DNA of 64,000 nt, from the NCBI GenBank assembly GCA_951406725.2, contig OX597833.1, positions 26,722,001 through 26,786,000 of the forward strand. Reading direction: 5' to 3'. The notes under the pieces were generated by a model. It ran no database searches. It was not told the origin of the DNA and worked only from the letters and a program-made list of their open reading frames with translations. This document shows positions 15,666-30,215 of the stretch, in pieces. Position numbers and translations under genes: made by a program. The first letter of the stretch is position 1. Every line of letters begins with the position of its first letter. The DNA is from Octopus vulgaris (Eukaryota).

Positions 15666-15929
15666 AGCCGGAGTCGGAAGGAGAAGAAGAAGAAGAAGAA
15701 GAAGAAGAAGGAGGAGGAGGAGGAGGAGGAGGAGGGGGAAAAGAAAAAGAAGAGAAGAAGAGGGGGGAGAAAAGATGAAGAAGAGGAGGAGGGGTGGAGG
15801 AGGAGGAGGAATCAGAAGTGGAGGAGGAGGAGGAAGGGAAGAAGCAGGGAAGCAGGGAAGTAGAGGGGAAAGAAGAAGAAGAAGAAGAAGAAGAAGAAGA
15901 GGAGTCCATGCTAGAAAGGTCTAATAAAG

Positions 15930-17200
15930 AAGCTGATGCCGGCAGAGATAATTACGAACACTGTTGCAAGACATTCGTAGATCGTGTATTCGAGGTTTAG
16001 GTTGTAAGATTGCACTGTGTGAAATATTAAAAATGAAGAATGATCACGATTCCATACAATTGTACATTATTTAAATGACATGAAAGTACATTGTTTATAC
16101 GGAGTTTGAATAATGCAGGAAAACTGTAGCAGATAGTACGGCAAAGAGTTAGCAGTGAGTAAGATGGCGTTTACCTTCCCAACACTCGCTGTAATGGCGT
16201 GATATGACAGGAAGCTTCTCATTAATGAAATGAGAAAGGAGAAAATCCTTAGTTAATTAACTTCGCGAAAAGATTTTCACGACAGACACAGTTAAAAAGT
16301 GCTTTTGCTAAAATCAAATACAACGCCATTGCTCAAGGACAAGAGATTACTAAGGAGTGTCTTAGGGGATTACATTCCAGGAAAAGGATGCAGAAAGGTC
16401 ACTAAGGAGTCAATGTTATAAACCAATGCTTCCCAAAGTGGGCGGTACTGTCCCCTATCCTCTGAAGGCGGTGGAAAGATCTAGAGGGGTGTTGAAGAAA
16501 AATTATCCGGTAGTTGGATAGCCAAAGGGGAAAATAGATGTTAAAAACCCAAATAATGAGTCTGTTAGGTTAAGTTTTATTTGTGAAATAATGTTTCGAA
16601 TTAGCTTCAGAAATTAGTCTACGTGTGTGGTAGTGAGGCACTAGGTGGCACTAGGAATGTGGCCTGGGTGCCGGGGGAGGGGTAGCCCCCAAAAGTTTAG
16701 GGGCTAATGGTATAAACTATCCACCACATTAAAATAATTAGACTGAACATTAGGTCTGTGGTTAGCAGGATCAGAGAAGCTGTTTTTCATCAGGATAGGT
16801 CTCAATATTTTTATTCCAAATATTGAGATGGCTTACTATGGAATGAGAGAGAGAGGAGATAAACGGATCGGTAAGAATAAGAGCTTTGAATCGCAATGTG
16901 ACGGAATGTAATCGGTAACGTTCGATTCATTGAGTTGGAAAATTGAAAGAAGCATTCGCATTTGGAGACAGCGTGAATAGTGGTGATACTGAAAATGAAG
17001 AAATATGTTTGTTTAAAGATTCATTGAGTTTTTGTGATGCAGAGCTGTAGGCAAGGCAATCAGCAAATTAAGATATGTTCAGCAGGAGAGCTAAAACATC
17101 ATGTTTGAGTAGTGGTGCAAAGGATGATCGTGAACAGCCTCTTGGCATGGAATCAGAAGGCTCTGCTGCAATTTAGATGGCAGGGAATTTTTTACAAGGT
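15930..17200 (-). pseudogene. Highly decayed CR1/Jockey-like reverse transcriptase fragment, interrupted by a hAT MITE
   Basis: Minus-strand remnants PILMKNSFSDPANHRP (compare PxxKxGxxxDPxNYRP) near 16790, and VVFDFSKS...ISLMRSFLS (compare LDxSKAFD...IxSFLS) near 16200-16325. Boundaries are approximate. Confidence 0.5.
16424..16709. mobile_element. hAT (Charlie-like) MITE
   Basis: Degenerate TIRs CAATGCTTCCCAAAGT / AGTTTAGGGGCTAATG, with an 8-bp TSD TTATAAAC (16416-16423) / GTATAAAC (16710-16717). Confidence 0.7.
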
Positions 17201-18621
17201 AGCTACATTGCATCTATAAAAAGTAGAATGAACGATTTGTGCTACAAACCAATATGAAAATATCAAGGTAAACTTCATCTTATACATATGCAAACATATA
17301 CACACGTGTACATATGCTTACATACTTGCATATATACATCCATACGTACATACATACATACATACATACATACATACATACATACATAAATACTTTTATG
17401 CATACACGAGGAAACAAATTGTAAACCAAAGACTAATAGCACCGAGAATGAAAACTTCAATAAAATCAGAATCATGAGAGCAAAAAAAAGATAAAAATCT
17501 TAGAGGCTAAAATGTGATTTGTGGAGATTTGGTTGCTTAGATCAAAGTTCTCTCGCTGTTCCGTTGCCTGACGTTTTCTTTGTTCACTTGCATCTCTCCA
17601 CGTTTCTATGCCGGCGTTAATCTACCCACCTTACATTCACAGAGCCTCTAAACTATATGAGTACTTCCGCTTTATTGTAATCTAAGTAATAATGGTTGCC
17701 TGTTGTTGCTTTTGTTTTTGTTGTTTTCCTTGTTGTTGTTGTTGTTGTTGTTATTGTTGTTGACCCTCCCCAAGCAAGCTAGTGATGAAAACATTAGAAC
17801 CACAACTACCCCATTTTATTTTGATACAATATATCTTGTAGTACGTTATCCAATGTGTCCTTCCTATCTCCAGAGAGAAGAATATATTTTGAGGAAATTT
17901 GGCTATTATTTCTTGTAATTGACTATATAGAGGATCCCTTGTTGACTGATCGAACCAAAGTCCTTGTCGTTGAATCGGTCAACCCCAAAATTTCATTGGT
18001 AATTATTTTATCGAGGCCGAAAGAATGAAACGGAAAGATATCCCAATACTTAAAACGTTTTGCCTAGATATTACAAGCATTTCGAAAGGCACTACATTTC
18101 TATTCCACCGACAGTTTAGAGCAAATAATGAAGAAAAGAAAAAATATCTTTCAGTTTACCTCATTGGCGACTCGGTTTCAATACCATATGATACAGATAG
18201 GCATCCAAGTATATATGTTCAAATACTTTAGAAATAAGTCATAAATACTGTAATACTCATTTCCGTCACAGTATCAATTTCTAGCATTACGTCTAGAAAA
18301 TCAATCAATATATTTAATTAGCGAATACCATGATTGGATTCTGCTAATAAACAGTTAGAGGCATATAAACTGAATGGCAATATTTCTATAATTAGCATTT
18401 TCTGATTTCGTTTGCGTCAGTTTAAGCTATAATGGCAATAATGGTAAGAATTTCTGAGATAGGTGCCAAGCCACACCAGGTTTGAAGTCAGCGCGTTATA
18501 GAATGCAATAGAAACATAATGGAGCAGAATAGCATAAAAATGTTACTACAGAATTGATGGAGGTTGTGAAGAAGCAATCGGTCAGATTGTCCTTGGCTTT
18601 CTACTTTTAGGCAATATCTTC

Positions 18622-18673
<52 letters not shown>

Positions 18674-20481
18674 GGGAGAGGGGGAGAAAATAGAGAGATA
18701 CGGAGACAGACATACACACACACATGCATGCACGCACACAAATATATACACATACGCACGAGCGTAAACGTATATATTATATGGCACAATCATGGCAGTG
18801 TATATACACAGTCATTGCTGTGCATTCGTGCATCGTGGCTGTCTGATTGAGAATTTTGCTTCGTAGCCATTCTGTTTCAGATTCATCCTCGGGCTGACCA
18901 ATGCCTTGTGAGTGAATTTGATGCGGCAGAAACTGATGTGGCAGGGCATCGCACACACCCTGAAGAAATGATGCCGACCATTTTATCTTACACTCTAGCA
19001 ATTCTTTCTGTTAAAGTATCAAAAGAGTGGAATGTTAAAAGATAGATTACAATTTGTGGGCGTGCTTACATATATATTCGGGTAAGGAAAAACGTATGAA
19101 AGGAAGCGAAATTAACAATGAAAAAACAATATGTGAATGAATGGATGATGAGATTTTCTTGCTGCGATTCCCTAACTAGAGCCATTCAAAGAAACGAACT
19201 GTTCCACGATCATCCTAACCACTAAATATACAGAACCTCACTGGAGGAAAGCAATTCTCTCTCAAATCTCCTTTTCTTTTCCTATTAGATCTCGAAATAT
19301 TCGATGATCGAAAAGGAAAGTCCCTCTCCTCCCTCACTTCAGACTAGCCCACCACATAACAACATTTACCATTGACATAAGCCTTATTATAGAAAGTTGG
19401 TCGAGCGATTCTGCCTATAAATAAGAAGAGGGATAAATAAATAAAATAATGATTGAATTTTGAATACCTCCCACCCCGGGTTGAAAGAAGGTTAGATTTA
19501 CCCTCATTTAGGGAAATGCTTGTTGATCTCTCTCTCGGTTCTCTCCCACACCCTCCCCTGTCTCTCTATCTCTCTCTACGTATCTATGTATCTCTCTTTC
19601 TCTCATTTCTCTCTAAGTCTATCTATCTATTTCTCTTTCTCTCGTTCTCACTCTATCTCACGCAAACACATGCGTTTGTGTGTGTGTGTACGTATGTGTA
19701 TGTGCGTACGCGTGTGTGTGTGGATGTTTCATATAGTGGAAACTGTCAGTTATGTTCCAATTGGTTGACATGGCACCAACAAACATCTCGAACAGAAAAA
19801 TATCTCAGGTAATGACAGTTTGACAATACTCTAAGCCATTCCTTTTCATAAACGCTGGGCCATAAATATAAACTGTCAACAAGATATTATTGTCAAAGTC
19901 CATCACAAAACTACAACTTTTCTAATAGTAGTAGCAATTCCAACGAACAACAATATTCCTTTGATGGAAATAAAGAGACAATCCAACTGGAGACAGTCGG
20001 AAATAAATGAATCTAGGATTGATACAAACAAAACTATTCACCCACAGATGTCTTGGCAGCAGCACGCGAATATGAAGACAAATGCATAACTCAAACCAGA
20101 AGACATACACACATACGCCACATAACATTGCAAGGGACTGAGCATGTATTATAATTTCTACACGACCGAATGACACAGACCCCACAACACACACACATAC
20201 ACATACACACACAAAAGCACACACACACACACACACAAAACACACTGTGCTACGTGCGTGCGTAAGTCATAAGGTGCTGTTCTCCATTGTATAGTGAAAA
20301 CACGGACTGAGTGAAAGAATAATTATAATAATTAGGTATCGATTATAATAAGGACAAGAGTTCATGTAGTCTCTTTGCGAATTCTCCCATAACTGAAAAT
20401 TAATTAGAAATGTGTAATTATGTTAGATGCTTGTAATAACTCGCATATATATTGGTGAGTTTGTGTCTGTACGCATGCGTA

Positions 20482-20533
<52 letters not shown>

Positions 20534-21477
20534 TATATGTATGTATGCATGTATGTATATACATATATACACACACACTCATCTCCGTGTTCATTGTCGT
20601 TATTGTCATCATCATTATCATCATTATGCATGATGATAATTGCTTCTGAAAACAGTATTGTATCCCTTATTTAGAACATGGTTAATGCACTTAAGAACAC
20701 TGAACTATGAATCACACACACATAAATATATATTATATATTATATAATGATGTGAATATATGCGTGTGTTTCTGTGTGTATTTGTAATGCCACAAAGAAG
20801 AGTGCAGAATTACACATTGTTAATTCATAATAATAATCTATACCTTGCTTACAGCCGTTTCAAATACGCTAGTTTTGCCGAATTTAATTATGTGTTCATT
20901 CTGTACATTAATCTCTCCACACTTAATCGACTATTGCATAGATCTGGAAAATCAACACTAGCATATCTCTCCCAAAACTCGCTACACGGCAAAGAATGTA
21001 GGACCGGGAACCATGAGGAAATAATAGTAAACCGTGTATTATGAGTGAAAGAAAGAATAATACAAAAAAGCAAATAAAACTAAGTTGAAGTGATATGGAA
21101 ATATGATATGGTAGGACTTTGTATTGCAGTGAAGCTTTATCTGACCTCGATAAAGATATATTCTGAGCAATACCAAAAACGTTATTTAGGTCACTCAAGT
21201 TACTGATCACTTATATATGTATGCATGTATGTATGTATGTATGTATGTATGTATGTATGTATGTATGTATGTATGTATGTATGTATGTATGTAGGGATCT
21301 CAATACCGAACAATATAAATCATAAATTCATGCACAGACCATTTATTCGTTATTTGAAGAAATAGTTTATCAGATCTTAGAAAAGTTCAATTGATTTTAG
21401 CAAAACGAAAAGGCATTTCCTGCAGTAATTAAGACATTTTCTTTAGATGGTATTGTCGACTTAATTAGAAAAGAAAT

Positions 21478-21858
21478 AGCGAGGCGTGGCTATGTAGTAA
21501 GATGCATGCTTCCCAACCACAAGGTTCTGGGTTCAGTCCCATTATGCAGTACATTGGGAATTGTCTTCTACTTTGGCCTTGGGCCAGCTGAAGCCTTGTG
21601 AATGGATTTGTTGGACAGAAAATTAAATAAACCCGTCGGGTCTGTGATTGTCTCCTACCAATATTAATTCTTGGGAACTGATCTTGGTGTGTTTACCTCC
21701 CTGTAAACTATTGGTTCGACAAAAGAAAACAGTAGAATAAGTACCAAGCTGAAAGCGAAAATAAGCACTGGGATCGATTCGTTCGACTAAAATTCTTGAA
21801 GCCGGTACCCCAGCCTGGCCGCAGTGTAACGGTGGAAACAAGCAAAGAATGAAAGATA
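21478..21858 (+). mobile_element. SINE family A (tRNA head, CORE-like segment), diverged
   Basis: Colinear with 23945-24360. Confidence 0.8.
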
Positions 21859-22194
21859 CTTGTTTACAGGAGTGTCCAAGTTATGTGCTTTGTTGAATGA
21901 ATGCCAATAGTGTCTTTTTCATACTGTAAAGTATCCTGTACTTAACCTCATGAAAGAGAGAAAAAAATCATCCAGTATAGTTCATATTGACATATATTTA
22001 TTGGATGTTATTCATTTAGACATTTCGTTAAATTAGGAACTCTATTGAACTGTGCAACACAAACAAAGCTACAAACATCCCACCGAAAATAAACACTAAT
22101 GGAAGTAGAAACGACGAAAGTAAGAATAGTAGCAGCAGCAAAGGAAACATTGCCAGCGACGGTGAAACCAATAATATCTGCAGAACACAAAATA

Positions 22195-22365
22195 TTCTTT
22201 TCTACTCTAGGCATAAGGCCCGAAATTTTTAGGGAGTGGGGCCAGTCGATTAGATTGACCCCAAATAAAAAGCAAAGTCGACATCGGCGGAATTTGAGCT
22301 CAGACCGTAAAGACAGATGAAATAATGTTAAGCATTTCGCCCGGAGTGCTGACGTTTCTGCCAGA
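22195..22365 (-). mobile_element. SINE family B (internally deleted)
   Basis: Reverse complement of the family B consensus; forms an inverted pair with 22530-22710. Confidence 0.75.
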
Positions 22366-22529
22366 TTTTATAAAAACTCTAAATATTAGCAACAATAAAA
22401 ATCAGCAACAACAGTAAGGTTTACATGAGTTATTTCTTATTCCGTTGTCTCTCATTCGTTCTTCCTCATGATACTTCTAATGGGAATTTATAACCAAACG
22501 AACCCTATAATATTTGGGGCGGGGAGCGT

Positions 22530-22710
22530 TAATGCGCCGGGCTAAACGGAATTTTGTCTGTCTTTACGTTCTGCGTTTAAATTCCACCAAGGTCGACTTT
22601 GCCTTTCATCCTTTCGGAGTCGATAAATTAAGTATCAGTTGCGTACTGGGGTCAATCTAATCGACTGGCCCCCTCCCCAAAAACTTGTGCCTAGAGTAGA
22701 AAAGAATATT
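22530..22710 (+). mobile_element. SINE family B
   Basis: GGTCGACTTTGCCTTTCATCCTTTCGGAGTCGATAAATTAAGTATCAG core and CCTAGAGTAGAAAAGAATATT end. Confidence 0.8.
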
Positions 22711-23138
22711 TGGGGTGGGGGATTACTATTTATTTATATCTTTATTTTGGCTTCATATATGTTCTTACCTGTATATTTTCTATCTTTTACTTTGTTAGCA
22801 TGTATAGTGTATCGATGTTTTTTTTTCTTATTTATCTATTAATTTTTATCGATGCATTTCATTTTTTTTTTTTTTTACTGCAATGTATCTTGTCTCTCAA
22901 TTTCGTCTGAGGACTGTTAGAATGCAATACATATTAAGTTATACATTATTATATGGCAAAATGAATTGGTAAGAGGATATAGCGAGGAGGTCTTTAAAAA
23001 GTCACGTCACCTGGGGAAGCGCTTTCTACACTTGACATGCAAGACAATTTGACTGCACAGCATCTTACCTATTAGCTACAATAGCGAGATAATAAGTCGA
23101 AATGATTGTAATTTCGTGAATGCTATTTTCTGTCTGAG

Positions 23139-23219
<81 letters not shown>

Positions 23220-23312
23220 AATCTATCGATCTATTTATCTATCTACCTTCTCTCTCTCTCTCTTTCTCTGTCTCTCTTTCTCTGTCTCTCTTTCTCTGTC
23301 TCTCTTTCTCTG

Positions 23313-23377
<65 letters not shown>

Positions 23378-23474
23378 CTATAGATAGATAGAAAGAGAGA
23401 CAGAGAGATGTATACCAAGAGCCCATTCCCGGTTGTAACTGTTGAGACCCTGAAGCTTGCTCACTTGATCAGAC

Positions 23475-23830
23475 GTGTTTGATAAACCCAGTTTATATGA
23501 AGCCAACATTACAGCAGTGCTCAAATACAATGTAATCGGAAATAAAGCTTACACCGGTTTATGCGAAGGAAATTTTAAAAGCCGTTATGCAAATCACCAG
23601 TCTTTTTTCCGAAACATTGATAAAAATAAAGCCACAAAAGTCGCTAGCCATGGTCTTCAGATACTATGGATCTGAAGACCAGCATTAAACTGCATATACT
23701 GAAATGAAGGTATTTATGTCATATATACATGGATCAACGAGATGCAAGATAAGCGAAGCTGAAATATAGTACATTCCTTTTGGATTTAAATGTTCCACCA
23801 CACTACTTAATTCTACATCGAAAATTTTTA
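23475..23830 (+). pseudogene. Penelope-like element GIY-YIG endonuclease remnant
   Basis: LYEANIT...KAYTGLCEGNFKSRYANHQSFFRN...ATKVASH, followed in shifted frames by WDLK and YIHGSTRC...AE. This fits the PLE pattern YxGxxExxFKxRYxNHxxSF...TxLSxHIWxLK...CxLCxxE. Confidence 0.75.
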
Positions 23831-23944
23831 GAAATGCAATCAGGTGAATATGTTCCTTTTGTCGAACCGCAGTTCACCACCCTCTCCGGATTTAGTAGCT
23901 ATCTCACATACTTTGGCCTCCTCTCCGTATATTATTCTACACCA

Positions 23945-24105
23945 GCGCAGGAGTGGCTGTGTGGTAAGTAGCTTGCTAACCAACCACATGATTCCGGGTT
24001 CAGTCCCACTGCGTGGCATCTTGGGCAAGTGTCTTCTGCTATAGCCCCGGGCCGACCAATGCCTTGTGAGTGAATTTGGTAGACGGAAACTGAAAGAAGC
24101 CTGTC

Positions 24106-24172
<67 letters not shown>

Positions 24173-24360
24173 TCCCCCTAGAATTGCTTGACAACCGATG
24201 CTGGTGTGTTTACGTCCCCGCCATTTAGCGGTTCGGCAAAAGAGACCGATGAATAAGTACTGGGCTTACAAAGAATAAGTCCCGGGGTCGATTTGCTCGA
24301 CAAAAGGCGGTGCTCCAGCATGGCCGCAGTCAAATGACTGAAACAAGTAAAAAGAGTAAC
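23945..24360 (+). mobile_element. Full-length SINE family A with internal (TA)n(TG)n
   Basis: tRNA head (TGGCTGTGTGG; GGTTCAGTCCC), CTTGGGCAAGTG CORE-like motif, central microsatellite, and 3' ...GTCAAATGACTGAAACAAGTAAAA. Confidence 0.9.
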
Positions 24361-25068
24361 AAAAAATAATAAAAAAAAGAGAGAGAGCTGCATTAATTAT
24401 GGTCCCAAAGGAGATAAATATCTTGGTTTTCTGAATTTTCTTTTCTTTCTTTTCGTTACACTGGTTGCATCAAACGTCTTCACGCTTTACTTCTCCCTTT
24501 TTCACACTTTCTCTTAGACCAGCGTCTCGGTTATCAAATAGGCCTAACCGTATACATTGAGCTTAGATACACATTATTGTATCTCTACATCCTGAAACTA
24601 TTAGTAGCCAATTCTTTAATTGTGTATACTACAGAATCACACACATACAAACACACACAGACACACACACGCAAACAAACAAACACACACTCACACACAT
24701 ATATGTATTTGGAAAAATTGGAGTCAACAAGGAGTACGGTTTCACATTTATTGCTTAATCATTACAATTGTTTCTACGCTACAAGTGTACAGGTACTTAA
24801 ATATGAAACCGCTTCCTTGTATCATGAAATCTGTTATTCCTCAAGCGATATGCAAATATTGTCTACGTTGTGAATGAAAAATAAACGTCCGTTTTGATTC
24901 CAATTTTTTAAAGTATCTATTCATACATGACAGATACCCAAACGCAAAACTGGAAGTATGCGTAATACTACTACTAGCGAGCACAGGATAAAACTGAAAG
25001 TGGACAAGCTTTCTACTGTGCTCTTCGATGTTCTTAACAGAATATGCCATAACTATATATACATACAT

Positions 25069-25164
<96 letters not shown>

Positions 25165-25167
25165 TCT

Positions 25168-25631
25168 ATTTGAGAATTAAGGCTACCATTGGTTTTATGT
25201 TAAGAAAAGTAGGAAAATATCTTAGTGTCTTAACAATTTTCCAAGCCGATCACATAGAGAAAGGTGTTCGCCTCCTTCCAAAGGTGTTATCCCCTTTCCT
25301 AAACGTGAACACACATAGCACACAAACTTCACACAAAAGCAAAATGTGCCCCAATGACCAACTACCGCAACATACAATTAGAAGAACACCATGTCCAGAA
25401 CAAAAACAAACAAATAATGCAAAATAATTAATTATTAAAAAATCAACCGAAATGACAACTCCAAGGGAGACAAACTCCAAAAGATGCAAACTCCATGAAC
25501 GAAGCAAGACTTTGTTCCAAAATGGAGGTGAACATCTTTCTCCATGTGATCGGCTTGAAAAATTATTAAGATACTAGGATAATTCCCTAGTTTACTTTAC
25601 ATGAAACCAATGGTAGCCTTAATTCACAAAT
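25168..25631. repeat. Imperfect ~108-bp inverted repeat carrying hammerhead-like motifs
   Basis: 25168-25275 is the diverged reverse complement of 25524-25631. Confidence 0.85.
25552..25618 (+). ncRNA. Type I hammerhead-like motif, U3-A8 variant with extended stem II
   Basis: GGC-TTGAAAA-[~41 nt stem-loop]-GAAA-CC AAT GG-TA-GCC. Confidence 0.55.
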
Positions 25632-28600
25632 AAAGAAATTATATATCCACCAATGCGGTGTTGAGCACTCATTTCATCATTCGGCATTTACGTATGTGTG
25701 TGTATATATCTATATATATGTGTATGTGTGTGTGTATGTATGTATATACATATATACATATACTTGCATGTGTGTGTGTATAAACACACCTAGCATATTT
25801 TAAGCACACTCTTTTCAGACAATGTTCACCTTTAAAAGGCAAAACGACTGATTATAAAGCCAGTTATTATTTGATTTAGGCGTACATTTCGATGGCAAAG
25901 CGAACTAACATACCTTTCGTTACAAAGTTAAATATATTTTATCTTCTCACTATGCTTCGGTATTTGCCAAAGCCTAAGCTATACATTCTAAAACACTCTA
26001 AACACGCATAGCTTTGTTTATATGACTATCCTTCTGTATATCTGTCTAATTTTGTATGTGCGTATGCGTGCGTAAATTTGTCTATGTATTTTTATCATAT
26101 ATGTGTGTGTGGTATGTGTGTGTGTGTGTGTGTGTGCGTGCGTGCGCGTAGAAACTGTACCAGTATGCGGGTGTCTTCCGTGTTTGTGCGTGGATTGGTT
26201 TCCTCTAATTGGTTATTTATTTTATTCCTAATCTTCTGTGCATGTGTCTCTATACGTATGTGCATACACACTCACACACAGACATCGTATAAGTCTATGT
26301 GTCTGTGTGTATTCAGTCTGTATATGTATGTTTATTTTTGTGTAACTTTTGAACAAATTTCAATTTAGTCCAATCAATATCTTAAAAGCAATTTAAATCC
26401 AAACAAATCCATGTTAATCTCTCTCTTTCTCTCTCTCTCTCTCTCTTTCTTTCTCTCTTTCTCTCTTTCATTCTCTCTTTCTCTCTCTCCAGAACGGATG
26501 GCAAAACAGGTGGTAATGGTATTGGTGGTGGTAGAGGTGTTAGTGTTGTTAATGGTGGTGCTGGTAATAATTGAGGCAGCAGTGGTCATAGGGATGGTGA
26601 TGCTAGTGATGGTGATAGCGGTGGTAGTGGTGATGGTGGTGATGATGATAGTGGTGATAGGATAGTGAATAACATTCGTTGTTCATTAGTTGAAGTGTTA
26701 ATTTTCCTTGTACTCATGATAAATCCCCGAATCTGATATTTGCTTTCCTCCTAATGGATTGCACAGTAATTATTCCGGTTTATTTCCAGTTGCCAGCATA
26801 ACGTTGCATATTTTTGTTTAATTTTGTTTTCGAAAATGTTTTGACTTACTTTTTATTGGTATATTTTATCATACGATGCATAGATGACGATTGTTGTTTC
26901 ATGCACTGTAGCCCAGGCCAGAATACCGGTTAACAGATATAAGAAATGACAGTCTAAAGTACAAGAAGAAATGGATGATATGTCCCTATTGGTTTGAGTA
27001 GAAGTGGGGAAAAAGGTGACGAAAATTGGAAGAAAATTGAAAAGAAACACAGAATATTTAATGAAAAATATATACAGAGAGTCGTAGCTATAAATAGTGT
27101 TAGAGGCAGTAACCTAACAGTAGCCTAGCAACCGCAACTGGTTTTGTTATTGTTACTATACTGAGGTGGAATAAACGGGTTCTCTCCTCTTCCCATACAC
27201 CATAACTTAATGTTCCCCGCCACCAAAAGTTCGTTTAGTGCCATAATTGATACAGGGGTGAAAACAAATCAGTTTTTGTTGCCAGCTTTCACGTTGCAAG
27301 TACAATTATCTCCGAGGTCAACAACGGGTATCATCTATATTGGATAGAGAAAACAGTAATCAAGTACTAAATATAATTTGATTTATGATATGCATAATTT
27401 GTGACGTTCTGTCTACAACTGATACCAATGTTTACCTAATCAAACAGTTGCACTGAACCGATATTCTATCAAACAATGTCACTCAATATTGTTACAGCAG
27501 CGGAGAAATCCCTTGCGGTATTTTTCCGGCTCTTTACATTCTAAGTTCAAATCCTGCCGAGACCAACTTTCTCCCTCATCGCAAATACTAGGTTTTACCA
27601 GTTCGACACAAACTGCACCGGTACTGAACTACCGGAGGCCGTGCACTCGTGTTTGTCCAAGATACGCGTAGAGCAATAAAAACAATCTGTACGGACTTTG
27701 ATAATGTCTGAACATTGGCGATTTGTGTTTTGTCGCACATGTTGCGCAGGTTCAACTATAATCCAAGTCTATCTGGAAGATCGATCCATCAACGTACTTT
27801 GCTCAGAAAAGACTATGACGATAGAGCTGTAAGGAACGACGCTCAGCAGAGTGATGACTTGCCTTTCCGGTTATCTTCAAGAGTCCCTTATCACTATAAG
27901 AGTGCAAAGGTTGTTGATGCTCTGAAGTAATTTTCACTCTCTTTATGTTTAAATTTCAAACAATTGACGGCATTAATTTTCATCATTTCGGGGTCGATAA
28001 AAGAAGTTACCAGTCAAGTATTGTGGTCATCATTATCATTGTTTTAGAGAGTCAGGATCACAAGAACGCCGGACAAAATCCCGCATTAATCCGATTCTTT
28101 ACGTCTTCAGTTTAATTCCTACCGAGATTATCCTTGCTATCAGTTCTTCTGAAATCAATAAACTAAAACAACAGTCAATTACTGGGGTCGATATTATCAA
28201 TTGTACCCTTTTTTCCAATGTATGTACGTAATAAATCATTCTGGTTGTTGTTGATGTTGATTTGGGGTTAATGAAATGACACTAGCGAAGCTCTTGGTTA
28301 TAAAACTGCTGTACACGTTTTTAGCTACAACATTTGCTTCCAACATAATTCATATCCATGTCAAACTGTCTTTTCCTTTTCCCGTTGCTCGAATCCCAGT
28401 AAGATATAAGGTTGCGTAATTGGACAATATCTTGACGCTCAACTCTATCCACAATAGCAAATGTTGTAGAGTAGAAGATAAGACATCATTATTATGTATA
28501 ATAAATAGTCCAGATTCAAATAAATATAGGATATATTCCACCAGCAACTATTGTATCTTAGTTATTTAATATGAAAGTGATTAAAAGCATTCATCCGAAT

Positions 28601-29662
28601 TTGTCATATAAATACAAGGCTTATCTTCCAAGAGCCTTAACAACTTGGGATGACATGCGTATATTCTTAAATATGATCGACTTTTGTTTCCACTAAGAAT
28701 CTTTGAAGAAATTCACCGATATGAAACGCATGCATATGCATGCATATTCACGCGTACATATACACAAACACACGCAAGGATGCACAAGTGGATTGATAGA
28801 TTATTTGGTTGATAGGTAAATAGATAAATGGATCGATTTACAGAAATTAAGACAAACAGATAGGCACAGATATACATATATACAAACACACACACATGCA
28901 CTGCTAAATAAACATTTATTTATCTATCCACATATATACGCATGCGCATGCACACACACGTATCAGACATATAATCATACATTTACGCCAAAGAAAATTT
29001 ATTTATAAAGTGATGGCAATTTTATATACATAGTTCCATCAATAGTTTAGAATCTTTACACAATTATCTTTTTCTTGTTCTTTCTTTTAACTTTTATCTA
29101 TTTAACTTCGCGTCCTTGCTGACTTAATCTCTCTAATCTGTTCGAAAAAAAAATCACCCAAAATTTCACGACGTCATCTTTAGTCATAAATATCTGCATT
29201 ACTACTTTTAAATACATTTAACAGCGCTTCACTGCGCACAGTTTGCTTGTAACACATTTAAATATCTGTATTAGATTATGATCCGTCGTTGTCACTATCA
29301 TACATGTTTTTTAATGAATTTTTGATGATGGTAAAGCTTTAATTCATGTTATATCAATTATATTTTATGTATACATTGAATTTTGCTGTTATTTTTAATA
29401 TTTTCAAAAGTATTACGCAGCGTCGTGTAAAAGTTTCTTTATAATTCATACGTGCGTGTCTATATGTATCTACATGTACATATGTGTGTGTGTGTATGTG
29501 AGTTTAAGAATGTGTATGTATATATGTTGTGTGTGTACAGGCATGAGTGCATTTGTCGTGTATATATATGTATATTTATGCATATACATGTATATAAACT
29601 TATGTGTGTATATACATATATATATGTGTATCTACATGTCTATAAACTTATGTGTATATCTG

Positions 29663-29736
<74 letters not shown>

Positions 29737-29884
29737 GGGCACACAGACAGACTGACAGACAGACAGATAGATAGATACATACATACATACATACACACAC
29801 AAACACACACACACACACACATGCACACACACACACATATATATATATATACATATACATGCTGGACCGCTGAAATCTACATAT

Positions 29885-30037
29885 TTTTTCACTCTGTTAT
29901 TTTCTCTATTCCTTCTGTTGAAGAGCCTAGGCTTGAAACGTAACAAACCTTTTCATTTTTCCCGAGCGTCAAAATAATACACTTGCATGTTGTTCATACA
30001 CCTGTCTTCGTCTTTTGATTTTCTATAAACTTCAATT
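29885..30037 (+). mobile_element. Short PLE-derived fragment with decayed minimal hammerhead
   Basis: CTGTTGA A GAGC CTAG GCTT GAAACGTA at 29915-29942. The downstream CCGAGCGTCAAAATAATAC is homologous to the 46393 and 63255 copies. Confidence 0.6.
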
Positions 30038-30117
30038 AGTTAGATAGATAGAGAGATAAATAGATATATAGAGATAGACAGAGAGAGAGACTGGCAGATA
30101 GATAGGCAGACAGACAT

Positions 30118-30215
<98 letters not shown>

